DNA of 32,000 bases from Ignicoccus hospitalis KIN4/I (GTDB lineage: Archaea > Thermoproteota > Thermoprotei_A > Sulfolobales > Ignicoccaceae). The stretch lies in assembly GCF_000017945.1 (NCBI RefSeq), contig NC_009776.1, positions 720,001 through 752,000 on the forward strand. Direction: 5' to 3'. Below, piece by piece: positions 1 to 9,800 of this stretch (position 1 is the stretch's first letter; every line of letters starts with the position of its first letter). The notes beneath the pieces are model-generated. The model was not told the DNA's origin and did no database searches. It saw nothing but the letters and a program-made list of their open reading frames with translations. A program made the translations under genes and the position numbers.

Positions 1-1
1 C

Positions 2-121
2 ACCGTGGTGTCTCAAGTTACTAACGTGTACATACCGACGGTAGCGCTGCTCGGCGCCCTCATAGCGGCCAAGCTCGGGATTAGGAGGGAGGGGAGGGTT
101 TGGGAGTTTTTAAAACAGTAG
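2..121 (+). CDS. 3' end of a CDS entering from upstream (hydrophobic C-terminus ...NVYIPTVALLGALIAAKLGIRREGRVWEFLKQ*)
   Basis: Frame 2 is open from the window edge to TAG at 119-121. A perfect hairpin, gtttcg-cgtagt-cgaaac, follows at 122-139. Confidence 0.3.
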   Translation, partial: TVVSQVTNVYIPTVALLGALIAAKLGIRREGRVWEFLKQ

Positions 122-340
122 GTTTCGCGTAGTCGAAACTTATGCATAGTGAGGCTACGTCACCACCTAAATCCCTCGCTTGGCCTTAACGTTCCTCTAT
201 AAGCCCGCCCGAGTTCCCACTTGGCCCTTCCTCCATACAGCTTATATAAAGATGAGCGTTGAGTAACGCTAAGGCGATCTTGATCTATGTATGAAGGCTT
301 ACGAGGTTATTTTAGGTGGTTTTTTCAGGGCTAGGGTCAG

Positions 341-574
341 CTAAGCCTTAACTTCTGCTTCGGCCTTCTCGACCCTAATGCTGTCAGTGGGACAGTTCTC
401 CACGCAAGCCATACATCCTATACAAGCCTCTTCCCTAACGACTTCGCTCACCAACCTGAAGTATTCGCCGTCCTTAACCATCTTTATTTCAAAAACGTCC
501 GTCGGACATATCTGGGCGCAGACGCTACACCCTATACAAGTCTCCTTTTTGACGCTCACCTTGAACGCGGTCAC
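341..574 (-). CDS. 2x[4Fe-4S] ferredoxin (77 aa)
   Basis: Two CxxCxxCxxxCP motifs are present: CIGCSVCAQICP and CIGCMACVENCP. Confidence 0.9.
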   Translation of the reverse strand: MTAFKVSVKKETCIGCSVCAQICPTDVFEIKMVKDGEYFRLVSEVVREEACIGCMACVENCPTDSIRVEKAEAEVKA

Positions 575-739
575 TCTTGAATACCCCTTCTCGACACATT
601 ACGGGGCTTATAGTTATTGGCGGTTAGGGGGATGAGGTGGCCGATTTGTGCGCTCGACTGATGACGAATGTGGGACCTCGCCGACCCGTGCCTTACTTTT
701 AATATATTGGCTTGGAGCGCGTGGCTAGGGAGAGCCGGG

Positions 740-1099
740 ATGAGCTTGGACGCCCAAGCGCAAAAGCTGTTAGCTCAATACCAGCAACAGCAAGAGGTCT
801 ACCAGAGCTTGGTCCAGCAGAGGGTACTGCTGGAGGCCGAGCTCAAAGAGCTTAAGAAGGTCTTAGAAGAGCTCGAGAAGCTCCCAGAGGACGCCGAGCT
901 TTATAAGAACGTGGGCCACGTCCTATACAAAACCAAGAAGGACGATTTGGTTAAGGAAATAAAGGACAAGATAGACCTCATAGAGGTGAAGCTGGCCGGC
1001 CTGAAGAAGCAAGAGGAGCTCGTCAAGAGCGAGTTAGAAAAGCTCCGCCAGCAGTTGCAGAAGGTGTTGAGCGGTGGAGGGCTGGCAGGAGGAGGTTGA
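740..1099 (+). CDS. pfdB: Prefoldin beta subunit
   Basis: Coiled-coil protein MSLDAQAQKLLAQYQQQQEVYQSL...ELKKVLEELEKLPEDAELYKNVGHVLYKTKKDDL with a central beta-hairpin. I prefer the ATG at 740 to the track start at 668 because a TATA-like ttttaatatatt lies about 35 nt upstream. Confidence 0.8.
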   Translation: MSLDAQAQKLLAQYQQQQEVYQSLVQQRVLLEAELKELKKVLEELEKLPEDAELYKNVGHVLYKTKKDDLVKEIKDKIDLIEVKLAGLKKQEELVKSELEKLRQQLQKVLSGGGLAGGG

Positions 1100-1364
1100 G
1101 AAAGTAGTAGAAGCCCTCCTCAAGGCTTCTGAGCGCGTCGAGGAAGAGGTCAAGAAGAGGTTGGGCGAGAGGGCCCAAGACCTCGACCTAGAGATAGTTG
1201 TCGAGGTGGACGAGGAAAAGAGGGTAGACGCCAGCTTGGAGGTCAAGGGCCTGAGGTCGAAGTACTCTTACGAGGAGGTGGTGGAGGAGGCCCTCGATGC
1301 GGGAATGCAAGAGCTTGAGAGGAGATTTACTAGCGAAGGGCAAAGAGATCTTAGAGAGGCTTAA
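1074..1364 (+). CDS. Small, highly charged hypothetical protein (96 aa)
   Basis: GTG start overlapping the pfdB end by 26 nt. E/K/V-rich composition typical of the neighbouring coding DNA. No motif recognised. Confidence 0.4.
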   Translation: MEGWQEEVEKVVEALLKASERVEEEVKKRLGERAQDLDLEIVVEVDEEKRVDASLEVKGLRSKYSYEEVVEEALDAGMQELERRFTSEGQRDLREA

Positions 1365-2268
1365 ATCTGAGAAGGCGGCAGTCGTAGTCCATAGACACGC
1401 CGACCCGGACGCGGTCGCCTCTGCGGCTTTCTTCTGGCGCGCGGGCGCGGTGCCCTACGCCCCCGGGGGCCTCTCTTCCTTGGGCAGGAGGGTCGCCGAG
1501 TCAGTTGGCATGGAGTTCCGCGAAGGGCCTATAGAGGAGGAGTGGATGATAATAGTGGACACCGCTTCGAGCTCCCAGCTGCCTGGAGTCGACTTGACGA
1601 AGGAGTACTGTAGGGTAGACCACCACGCCCAGGGAGACTTGAAGCCGTGCTTGGTCGATCCGGAGGCCAGCTCAACTTCTGAGATAGTCAGCCTCCTCGC
1701 CCGGGAGCTGGGCGTGGAACTGGACGAGAGGATGGCGAGGGCACTGATGCTGGGCATATATGTAGATAGCAAGGGCTTTAAGCTCTCGAGGCCTCAGACG
1801 TTCAGCGCAATGGAATACTTGAGCGAGTTCGCGAAGCTCAGCGACGCGCTAAAGATGCTTCCGTCCGAAAAAGAGGAGGACTTGGGTACTAGGATAGCCA
1901 AGCTGAAAGCTTGTGAGAGGCTCACTTACAGGAAGGTGAAGGACTATATAATCGCGGTAACTAGGGTAGGAGCTAACGAAGGCGCGGTCTTGAGGACCTT
2001 GATCCAGTGCATAGGCGCAGACGCGGCCTTCGTCGTGCGCGAGGGAAAGGAGGAGCTCCGCGTGTACGCTCGAGCCTCCCCCAGGCTAACGAAGTTAGGC
2101 ATTAACTTGGCTGAGTTCTTGTCGGCGCTGGCGGAGGAGTTCGGAGGGAGAGGCGGAGGTCATCCCGGAGCGGCGGGGGCGGTCTTGCCCACCTCGGTCA
2201 GCTACGAAACGCTCGTAAACAAGATATTTGGTCGTTTGAGCAGGAGGATAGCGGAGGCCCTCCGATGA
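1297..2268 (+). CDS. DHH/DHHA1 family phosphoesterase (NrnA / small archaeal RecJ-like)
   Basis: DHH motifs HRHADPDAVAS, IVDTASS and RVDHHAQGD, plus the DHHA1 motif GGRGGGHPGAAGA. The start is either ATG 1297 or TTG 1315, and both overlap the upstream ORF. Confidence 0.8.
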   Translation: MRECKSLRGDLLAKGKEILERLKSEKAAVVVHRHADPDAVASAAFFWRAGAVPYAPGGLSSLGRRVAESVGMEFREGPIEEEWMIIVDTASSSQLPGVDLTKEYCRVDHHAQGDLKPCLVDPEASSTSEIVSLLARELGVELDERMARALMLGIYVDSKGFKLSRPQTFSAMEYLSEFAKLSDALKMLPSEKEEDLGTRIAKLKACERLTYRKVKDYIIAVTRVGANEGAVLRTLIQCIGADAAFVVREGKEELRVYARASPRLTKLGINLAEFLSALAEEFGGRGGGHPGAAGAVLPTSVSYETLVNKIFGRLSRRIAEALR

Positions 2269-2287
2269 TGTTAGAATCCGGGCCCGA

Positions 2288-3529
2288 TCAATGACGACGT
2301 CGCTCTTCGCTGAGGACCCTTAAGGTTACATATAGGGAGGCCACGAAGTACTGTAACGCTAAGGGCAAGGAAGCGGGGTTCCACAACGCTATTAGCGGTG
2401 TTAGCAAGAGCACGACCTCGCTTCCTATACCCTTTCCTACGCTCCTCTTCCTCCCCTTGGGCGTTACCTTCCAGACCTCCTTGAGGCCCAACAACGCCTT
2501 TATTTGTGCCGTCAGAATGGCTATAGACATCGAGAGCCCAGCCGCGCTCGTCCGGGCGGCGTCGGCGAGGCTAACGCGGATCCGCCACCCCTTGGCGGCC
2601 TTGAAACTGTAGAACGCTTCCGTGGAAACGGCCAAGTAGTACAAGATCAAGGCTAGCGGCGAGAGTCCGGCGGGAGAGGTTATGAGGGCTAACAGCGGTA
2701 GCCACGTGGACGCGTGGTGGGTTAAGTAGAAGAACGTCTCCGGGTGCTTAGTCAGCGCCCTGACGTGCCTCTTAATGGCTTGAACGGCGCCGTACGCCCA
2801 CCTGGACTGCTGTCTCTTCAGCGAGGCGTAGTCCTTCGGGGCCTCCACTAAGACGAACGAAGGTACGACGTCTGCCTTGACGCCCGCTTCTAGCGCTTTC
2901 AAAGCTAAATCTACGTCCTCCGTTAGGACGCCCTCGCTCCAGCCGCCGAGCTTCTCTAAGAGCTCCTTTTCGATTAAGACCCCCGAGCCCGGGGGGATGA
3001 CCGGGAACCCCAGCTTCGACCTCCCGTATATGAGGGCCACGGAGGCCAACGTGGTCACGTTGGCGAGGGCCTCGCCCCACCGGGTCCCCGTTGAGTAGCC
3101 CTTCCAGAGGCTGGCGGCGTAGGGCGACTTGACGAGGGAGAAGCCCTCTTCGGGGAACGAGTCGGCGTCGAAGACCATTATGTATGCAGTTCTGGTGAGC
3201 CTTAAGGCCTCGTTAAGGGCCCGCGCCTTGCCCTTCTCGGCGCCCGTAACCACTTCGACCTCGGGCGGCAGCGCCTTCCTCACTTCCTCGTAGCTCTCCG
3301 GATCCGTGATCACGATCACTTGTTCGGGCCTCAGCCTTTCAATGATCTTCTCTACCGAGTTGCGCAGCATTTGGGGGTCCTCCTTGTACGCGGGCACGTG
3401 CACGGCCAGCGAGGGGAACTCGAACACCTTCTCCTTCGGAGGCGCTGAGGCGGCTCTGTAGTAGAGGGCCCCGAGGAGGTGGTAGGCGCTCGCGACGGTC
3501 AGCAACAGGTCGGCTATCAAGGGCTCCAT
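2288..3529 (-). CDS. Membrane-embedded family-2 glycosyltransferase of the processive beta-glycan synthase type
   Basis: N-terminal TM segment, DxD (VFDADSF), TED (LTEDVDLA) and Q-x-x-RW (RQQSRWAYG), followed by several C-terminal TM segments. Confidence 0.75.
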   Translation of the reverse strand: MEPLIADLLLTVASAYHLLGALYYRAASAPPKEKVFEFPSLAVHVPAYKEDPQMLRNSVEKIIERLRPEQVIVITDPESYEEVRKALPPEVEVVTGAEKGKARALNEALRLTRTAYIMVFDADSFPEEGFSLVKSPYAASLWKGYSTGTRWGEALANVTTLASVALIYGRSKLGFPVIPPGSGVLIEKELLEKLGGWSEGVLTEDVDLALKALEAGVKADVVPSFVLVEAPKDYASLKRQQSRWAYGAVQAIKRHVRALTKHPETFFYLTHHASTWLPLLALITSPAGLSPLALILYYLAVSTEAFYSFKAAKGWRIRVSLADAARTSAAGLSMSIAILTAQIKALLGLKEVWKVTPKGRKRSVGKGIGSEVVLLLTPLIALWNPASLPLALQYFVASLYVTLRVLSEERRRH

Positions 3530-3577
3530 CCTTCCCAGAAGACCTTATTTTTGATTATACCCTTTCGGCGGCGGGGC

Positions 3578-4216
3578 TTGAGGGCCGTGAGGACGGTCTT
3601 ATTCCTAACGCTTTTACCCCTGGCGCTCGCCTCTCCGCTGACGACGCTTACGAACTTGACTAACGCCTTAAACGAGCTCGCCGCCCGCCCGTTGCCCCCT
3701 CTGAGCGTGGCCGCCATAAGTCACTCGAACGTGAGTTACGTTAAGGGAGCGCTGGAAGTTACGGAAGAGGGCTTGAAGGAGTGCTTGGACGCGTTCGCCA
3801 ACCTCTCGAAGAGGCTGGACTCAGAGCTTCGCTCGACTTTGGTTTCCCCCTTTGACGCCTTTGAAACTTTAGGTAAACTGACCACTTACTACGACTGCGC
3901 GACCGCTTGGACGAAGGAACTCGAGAAGGTAATAGCTTCCATGCCGGTGAAGTGTAACTGTACGGGTAACGAAACGCGCTTGGTGGAGGAGCTCGCGAAC
4001 GCCAAGAGCGTCTCGGAAGTCTTACGCGTCCTTAAGTCTTTCAACGACACGGACGTAGAGCGCGCGATGAGCTGTTACGCGTGCGAGGCCCTAGCTAAAG
4101 CTAGGCTCGAGTTAATTGATCAGTTAAAGAAGCTTAAGGGCGAGTTAGTGCAAATGAACGAAACCCTCGCGATGTTTCGAAACCTCTTGGTTGAGTACAT
4201 CGAAAGTTTAAAGTAA
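3578..4216 (+). CDS. Secreted, Cys-containing, N-glycosylation-sequon-rich protein of unknown function
   Basis: Signal-peptide-like RAVRTVLFLTLLPLALASP. Sequons NLT, NVS, NLS, NCT, NET, NDT and NET. I moved the start to TTG 3578 (or GTG 3587) because the track start at 3479 overlaps the divergent GT2 gene. Confidence 0.55.
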   Translation: MRAVRTVLFLTLLPLALASPLTTLTNLTNALNELAARPLPPLSVAAISHSNVSYVKGALEVTEEGLKECLDAFANLSKRLDSELRSTLVSPFDAFETLGKLTTYYDCATAWTKELEKVIASMPVKCNCTGNETRLVEELANAKSVSEVLRVLKSFNDTDVERAMSCYACEALAKARLELIDQLKKLKGELVQMNETLAMFRNLLVEYIESLK

Positions 4217-4238
4217 ACTCTCTAGTAATACGCGCGAG

Positions 4239-5129
4239 ATGTTGCTGGTGTACGGCCACCCCGCCACGCAGCTGCTGAGGCTCTGGGAGAAGTTCGACGT
4301 GAAAGCAATAATGTTAAATGCTTTCCAGCTGAGTAAGTCGAAGAAGTTAATGAACATGCTGGAGTCTGGAAAGACCTTAAGGGAGGTAATGGGCATACCG
4401 GACGAGGTAGAGATATGGCTCGACTCCGGAGGCTACCAAGCCCTCCGAAGGGGGATAGTCCTAGACCCGGACAACGTTGTCAAGTGGTACAATACAATCA
4501 AGCCCGATTACTGCGTCGCCCTCGACTCCCCCGTCGCCCCCAACGATAAAAACGCCCGCAAGAAGGTTGAGCGCAACGTGAGCGTGGCCAAGTACATGGC
4601 CGAACGGGTGGAGTGTTCGTTGCTGCCGGTCTACCACCCCGTGTCCCCCGAGCTGTTGGAGAGGTACGTGGAGGGCTACTCCGAGGTGGGCGAGAGGGTC
4701 GCAGTCGGGGGCCTAATTCCCAGAATACTCACGGTCAAGAACGCGTCCCGCAAGGAAGGGTGGGAGTTCTTAAAGCTCATGAGGTCTGTGGAGGGCCGGT
4801 GGCTCCACGCCCTGGGCTTGGGCTCAGCGCTCTTGATACCCAAACTCAGCGCCTTGGGCTACCAGAGCGCGGACACACAGACTTGGAGGCACAAGGCGGC
4901 TTACGGCAAGATAATGTTGCCCGGTAGGGGCGAGAGGCACATAACGGACAGGGAGGTCAACTTCGGGAGGAAGAAGATAGAGGACCACGAGCTCGTCGAA
5001 GCCCTTAGCATAGCCCGCGCGCTCGGCTTTACTTGGGAGGAGCTTAGAAACGACTTTAAGAAGAGGGCTATTTTCAACGCTTACGTCCTCCACTTGGTGA
5101 GCGCGAGTGCGGGCGGTGTTCAGCACTAA
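4239..5129 (+). CDS. TGT-fold (tRNA-guanine / archaeosine transglycosylase-like, DpdA-like) protein lacking the Zn-Cys cluster and PUA domain
   Basis: WLDSGGYQAL (the TGT DSGG[FY]Q catalytic-Asp motif; GAC at 4422). ALGLGS...LGYQSADTQTW resembles the second-Asp G.D.FDSA.Y motif. Only 296 aa, with no CxCxxC...H. Confidence 0.5.
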   Translation: MLLVYGHPATQLLRLWEKFDVKAIMLNAFQLSKSKKLMNMLESGKTLREVMGIPDEVEIWLDSGGYQALRRGIVLDPDNVVKWYNTIKPDYCVALDSPVAPNDKNARKKVERNVSVAKYMAERVECSLLPVYHPVSPELLERYVEGYSEVGERVAVGGLIPRILTVKNASRKEGWEFLKLMRSVEGRWLHALGLGSALLIPKLSALGYQSADTQTWRHKAAYGKIMLPGRGERHITDREVNFGRKKIEDHELVEALSIARALGFTWEELRNDFKKRAIFNAYVLHLVSASAGGVQH

Positions 5130-6099
5130 CCCCGGACTGGAGGACGTGGCGGCGGCGGAGCTGAAGTCTTGGGGGCTGGAGGTCCTCGGCACCTCCAAGG
5201 GCCGCGTCGAGGCCCGCTTTAGAAAGTTGGAAGAGCTCGTTTGGAGGTTGGAACGCTCTAAGAGCATACACAAAGCCTACGTACTCGTATTCGAGGGGAA
5301 GCTGGAGGAACTGGAACTTGACGGCATAGAATTGTTCGTCACCCCGTGGACGCCCTTCGCTGTAAGGGCGGAGAGGGTAGGCGAGGGCCCCAGCTCCCCG
5401 GAGCTGGCGGCCGAAGTGGGCGACCGCGTCATAAAGAGAGTAGAAAAAGTGTACGGGATGAGGCCCGAGGTCAACTTAGACTACCCCAGCGTGGTCGTCC
5501 GCGCTGAGTGGTACTTCGACCGGGTCAGGGTGGGCGTGGAGGTCTCGGGAGAGGAGAGCTTACACAGGAGGTATTACAGAGTGGAGGAACACATGGCCTC
5601 CCTCAAGCCCACCATAGCTTACGCTATGTTGTTCTTGGGGGGTGCTAGGGGCGCGGAGAGGCTGGTGGACCCCATGTGCGGTTCCGGAACAGTCGCGATC
5701 GAGGGCGCGCTGGACTTCGCGGTTCCGGAGATAATGTGCTTCGACGTGAAACCGAAATACGTTAAGAAGGCTATTATAAATTCTGAGGTGGCCAGGGTGA
5801 GGGAGCTCATAGCGTTCGGCGTCCATGACGCTAGAAAGCTTCACGAGGTCTTGGATTGGGCCGACTTGATAGTCACTAACCCTCCCTACGGCGTTAGGAT
5901 GGGGAGTCCGAAAAAGGTGCTCAAGCTGTATGAAGAATTCTTCCAATCGGTAGCGAGGGTACTTCACGGAAAGCTGGTCATGATTACGCCCCTAAGGGAG
6001 ACGCGGGAGTTGGCGGAGAGGAGCGGACTCGAAGTGGCGGAAGAAAGGGAAGTCTACCACGGCGACTTGTGGGTGAAGCTGTTCGTGTTCAAGGCTTGA
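5107..6099 (+). CDS. THUMP-domain SAM-dependent RNA (guanine-N2-type) methyltransferase (Trm11/Trm14/COG0116-like)
   Basis: N-terminal THUMP-like region, SAM motif I VDPMCGSGTVAIEGA and amino-methyltransferase motif IV DLIVTNPPYG. GTG start overlaps the upstream gene by 23 nt. Confidence 0.75.
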   Translation: MRAVFSTNPGLEDVAAAELKSWGLEVLGTSKGRVEARFRKLEELVWRLERSKSIHKAYVLVFEGKLEELELDGIELFVTPWTPFAVRAERVGEGPSSPELAAEVGDRVIKRVEKVYGMRPEVNLDYPSVVVRAEWYFDRVRVGVEVSGEESLHRRYYRVEEHMASLKPTIAYAMLFLGGARGAERLVDPMCGSGTVAIEGALDFAVPEIMCFDVKPKYVKKAIINSEVARVRELIAFGVHDARKLHEVLDWADLIVTNPPYGVRMGSPKKVLKLYEEFFQSVARVLHGKLVMITPLRETRELAERSGLEVAEEREVYHGDLWVKLFVFKA

Positions 6100-6166
6100 G
6101 GGGTCCTCGCCCGCAGGGAAGCTCCTCACCCTTCGGCTAGGCGTTGGGTCGTCATACCCCTTGACC

Positions 6167-6808
6167 CTAGGTGAGCACCTCCCTTAACTTCCAGCACCTC
6201 CCGTCGAACTTGCAGAGGAGCAAGCTGTCCTCCCACACCTTCGTTTCCCTTGCGAGCTTTTCCAAGTTTTCCTTCTTCTTTAAGACGTTCGTCTCCAGTC
6301 GGCCGCTACAGCCGTTGTAGCTGAACGCGCCGCTTTCCAGCGCCTTTTGGGCGAGTTTCTTGCCTAACTTTCCGGGAGCGAGGACCTTCAAGTAGTAGAG
6401 GGCCCCCTTGGGGGAGTAGCCGGCCGTTAGCCACCTCCAGAGCCTATCGGCCACGGTCACGCCCTCGTAGTTAGGGGACCTAACTACGTAGACCCTCCTG
6501 AAGTTGGGTGCCAACTCGAATATCACGTCGTCGATGTACCTCATGCTTTCCCGCGCGAACCTGCCGTTCGTCTTTATGTAGACCGACACCTTAACTTTGC
6601 CCTTAGCTTTCGAGAACTGTATCATGCCGTTTGCGCCCTCGGGACCATCCAAGAACTCGCCGACGGAGATCGCGGCGCCCCCTAGGGCGCAAGTTTTAAC
6701 CTCCCGATAGTAGACCCGCTCGCCGAGGAGAGAGGGGAGCCGAGAGTCTACGATCCCCTTCTTGAGAACGAAGCGGGCGAGGTAATGCGCCCGCTCGGTC
6801 CGCCTCAT
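6167..6808 (-). CDS. Hypothetical protein (213 aa)
   Basis: Long ATG-initiated ORF with typical composition. No motif recognised. Confidence 0.5.
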   Translation of the reverse strand: MRRTERAHYLARFVLKKGIVDSRLPSLLGERVYYREVKTCALGGAAISVGEFLDGPEGANGMIQFSKAKGKVKVSVYIKTNGRFARESMRYIDDVIFELAPNFRRVYVVRSPNYEGVTVADRLWRWLTAGYSPKGALYYLKVLAPGKLGKKLAQKALESGAFSYNGCSGRLETNVLKKKENLEKLARETKVWEDSLLLCKFDGRCWKLREVLT

Positions 6809-6870
6809 CGCACCTCAACTCTCCGCGTAAGCCGGCGCTCCGCTTCCTTATTTCTTTTCCGTATCTTTTT

Positions 6871-7137
6871 TTAACCCCCTGCTGCGGGCGGAAAGAGCGC
6901 TACCTCAACCTCATCTCCTTTTAGGGAATCTAGGTACTTCCACTCCCTCCCGTTCACTAAGACCTTTAGTTCGAGACCGAACCGCTTGTACTGCTCGTCC
7001 TCTTCCTTCAGCTTCGGGTACCTCTTGAAGAGCTCCTCGAGCAGCTCCTCGGGAGAGGAACAGTCGCACTCGAACTCGTCCTCCTTCTTTCCTATTTCAT
7101 CTCGGAGGAACGCGAAAAACTGGACCTTCACCTTCAA
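6871..7137 (-). CDS. MoaD/ThiS/Urm1-SAMP-like small beta-grasp protein ending in Gly-Gly
   Basis: MKVKVQFFAFLRDEIGKKE...VNGREW...GDEVALFPPAAGG*. The size (88 aa) and C-terminal GG are typical of sulfur-carrier / ubiquitin-like proteins. Confidence 0.75.
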   Translation of the reverse strand: MKVKVQFFAFLRDEIGKKEDEFECDCSSPEELLEELFKRYPKLKEEDEQYKRFGLELKVLVNGREWKYLDSLKGDEVEVALFPPAAGG

Positions 7138-7173
7138 GGGCCTCGACCCCCGAAGGGGCGGAAGCCAGAGTTA

Positions 7174-7929
7174 TTACGTTAACGCCTTAGTCAACAGCAC
7201 GAGGGCCTCGCGGGGGTCCAACGTCTTGGATATTGCACCTTCGAAGGAAGCGAAGGCTAGGGCAGCGGGCTCCACGTCCCCCTCTCGAAGCTCCCCGAGC
7301 TTGAACACTTTGCCGTCCTTCTCCTCAACGCTCAAGTAGGCCTCAACCAAATCCCTCGTCCTCGGGGCCTCAATGTCCTTTAACGCTTCGTAGTTCATCT
7401 TAAGGGAGGCCTCGCGTCCGTAGGGGAGCTTCCTGCTAAGTGCCCTCACGGGCACAAAGAGTCCCTTAACCCTCCCTACGTGTACTAGGAAGGTATCGTA
7501 TGAATAAGTCATTCTCGCGAGGAGCTTGAAGGCCTTGTCACCAAAGTAATGGAAGACCCCCCACATGATCTTTACAGTCTCTATTTGGGGACGCGTTTCT
7601 GGACACTCTCGCATTAAGTTATACTTGTTCCTGAGGAGTTTCTTCAATTGGCCGTAATTGAGGTTGGAGTGGAAGTACGCGAGGGCGCTCGCCACTACGG
7701 TTGCACTCCTCCCACAGCCTCCCTTGTCGCACACGCACACTCTGGAACCTTCCTCTGCTAGGTCTATAGCTGCCGTTATTGCGCCTACTAGGTTGCCGAA
7801 ATGCTCTATCGGGAAGCTCTCTACTGGGAGACAAATCGTACTCTCCTTACAAAACTCTTTATCGAGAACTATCCTAACATCGCAACTCTCGTCCCTTAGA
7901 ATCCTGGCACAGCTCCCGTACCTCAACAA
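7174..7929 (-). CDS. Hypothetical protein with a Cys-phosphatase-like P-loop (atypical spacing) and a C-terminal domain of unknown function
   Basis: VCVCDKGGCGRSATVVASALAYF resembles HCxxGxxRS(T) of PTP/DSP enzymes but has one extra residue. TTG start, with a TATA-like tttattaactttatt about 40 nt upstream on the minus strand. Confidence 0.4.
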   Translation of the reverse strand: MLRYGSCARILRDESCDVRIVLDKEFCKESTICLPVESFPIEHFGNLVGAITAAIDLAEEGSRVCVCDKGGCGRSATVVASALAYFHSNLNYGQLKKLLRNKYNLMRECPETRPQIETVKIMWGVFHYFGDKAFKLLARMTYSYDTFLVHVGRVKGLFVPVRALSRKLPYGREASLKMNYEALKDIEAPRTRDLVEAYLSVEEKDGKVFKLGELREGDVEPAALAFASFEGAISKTLDPREALVLLTKALT

Positions 7930-8104
7930 GTTTCGCGTTCCCGAACTCGATTCTCTGCAATAAAGTTAATAAACCCGTCAGGGTAGCGGAAGAGCTCTTC
8001 ACCAAGAATCCGTCCGGGATTCGCTCTTCATCCGGGTCCCCACGAAGGGCGCGTTCCTCACCCCTCGGCTGGGTGGCTCCCGTTCATCCCCAGAAGCACT
8101 GCAC

Positions 8105-8120
8105 AGAAAACTTTATTACC
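8105..8120 (+). promoter_or_regulatory. BRE/TATA promoter of the 16S transcription unit
   Basis: agaaaaCTTTATTAcc sits at the 5' edge of the duplicated leader. The same core appears upstream of the 23S gene and, with a single-base length difference in the T run, upstream of the tRNA. Confidence 0.7.
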
Positions 8121-8289
8121 CCTACCCCGCGCTAGGGGAACACGGAGGGCCGCCCCGGGACGGGGAGAACCGGGGACGGCCCGGGAGAAAGCTCAAAAAC
8201 CCCGGGCTCCCGGGGGAAGACCCGGGAGCTACGGGGCAAGCACGGGAGAAGTGGGGTCCGGGCAGAGGCCCGGACCGACAGGGGCCCAC
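8105..8289 (+). repeat. 185-bp promoter + leader repeat, copy 1 (upstream of 16S)
   Basis: Base-for-base identical to 11068-11252 (offset 2963). Contains hairpins (for example ggtccgggc-agag-gcccggacc) and three GGGAGAA motifs. Confidence 0.95.
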
Positions 8290-8334
8290 TCGGAGCCGGG
8301 CGACCCGCCCGCCAAAACCCGGGTCCCCGGCCTC
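8281..8334 (+). other. 5' strand of the 16S processing helix (pairs with 9826-9881)
   Basis: ggggcccactcggagccgg (8281-8299) is the perfect complement of ccggctccgagtgggcccc (9863-9881). cccgggtccccggcctc (8318-8334) is the perfect complement of gaggccggggacccggg (9826-9842). The partly paired interior is where a bulge-helix-bulge site would be expected. Confidence 0.8.
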
Positions 8335-8362
8335 CCGCCCCCGCCGGCCCTTGCGGCCGCGA

Positions 8363-9800
<1,438 letters not shown>

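Noticed and set aside
240-330. Possible small RNA: TATA-like cttatataaag (about 240-250), hairpin agcgtt-gagt-aacgct, then a T6 run (about 321-327); considered as a C/D box sRNA
   Set aside because: No convincing C (RUGAUGA) / D (CUGA) box pairs are present. The TATA element is palindromic and the T-run could be incidental. Not supportable without expression data.
3479-3577. The 5' extension of track ORF 3479..4216, and the N-terminal extensions of 668..1099 and 22242..22505
   Set aside because: The extensions overlap neighbouring genes or promoters and encode non-protein-like sequence. Internal starts (3578, 740, 22308) fit the signal peptide, the TATA spacing and the gene boundaries better.
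7980-8104. Structured, G+C-rich non-coding stretch upstream of the rRNA promoter (palindrome gaagagctcttc, hairpin gaatcc-gtccg-ggattc); considered as a 5S rRNA or other ncRNA
   Set aside because: It does not match 5S conserved blocks on either strand and has no tRNA cloverleaf. It has no ORF longer than about 20 codons and nothing else to identify it.
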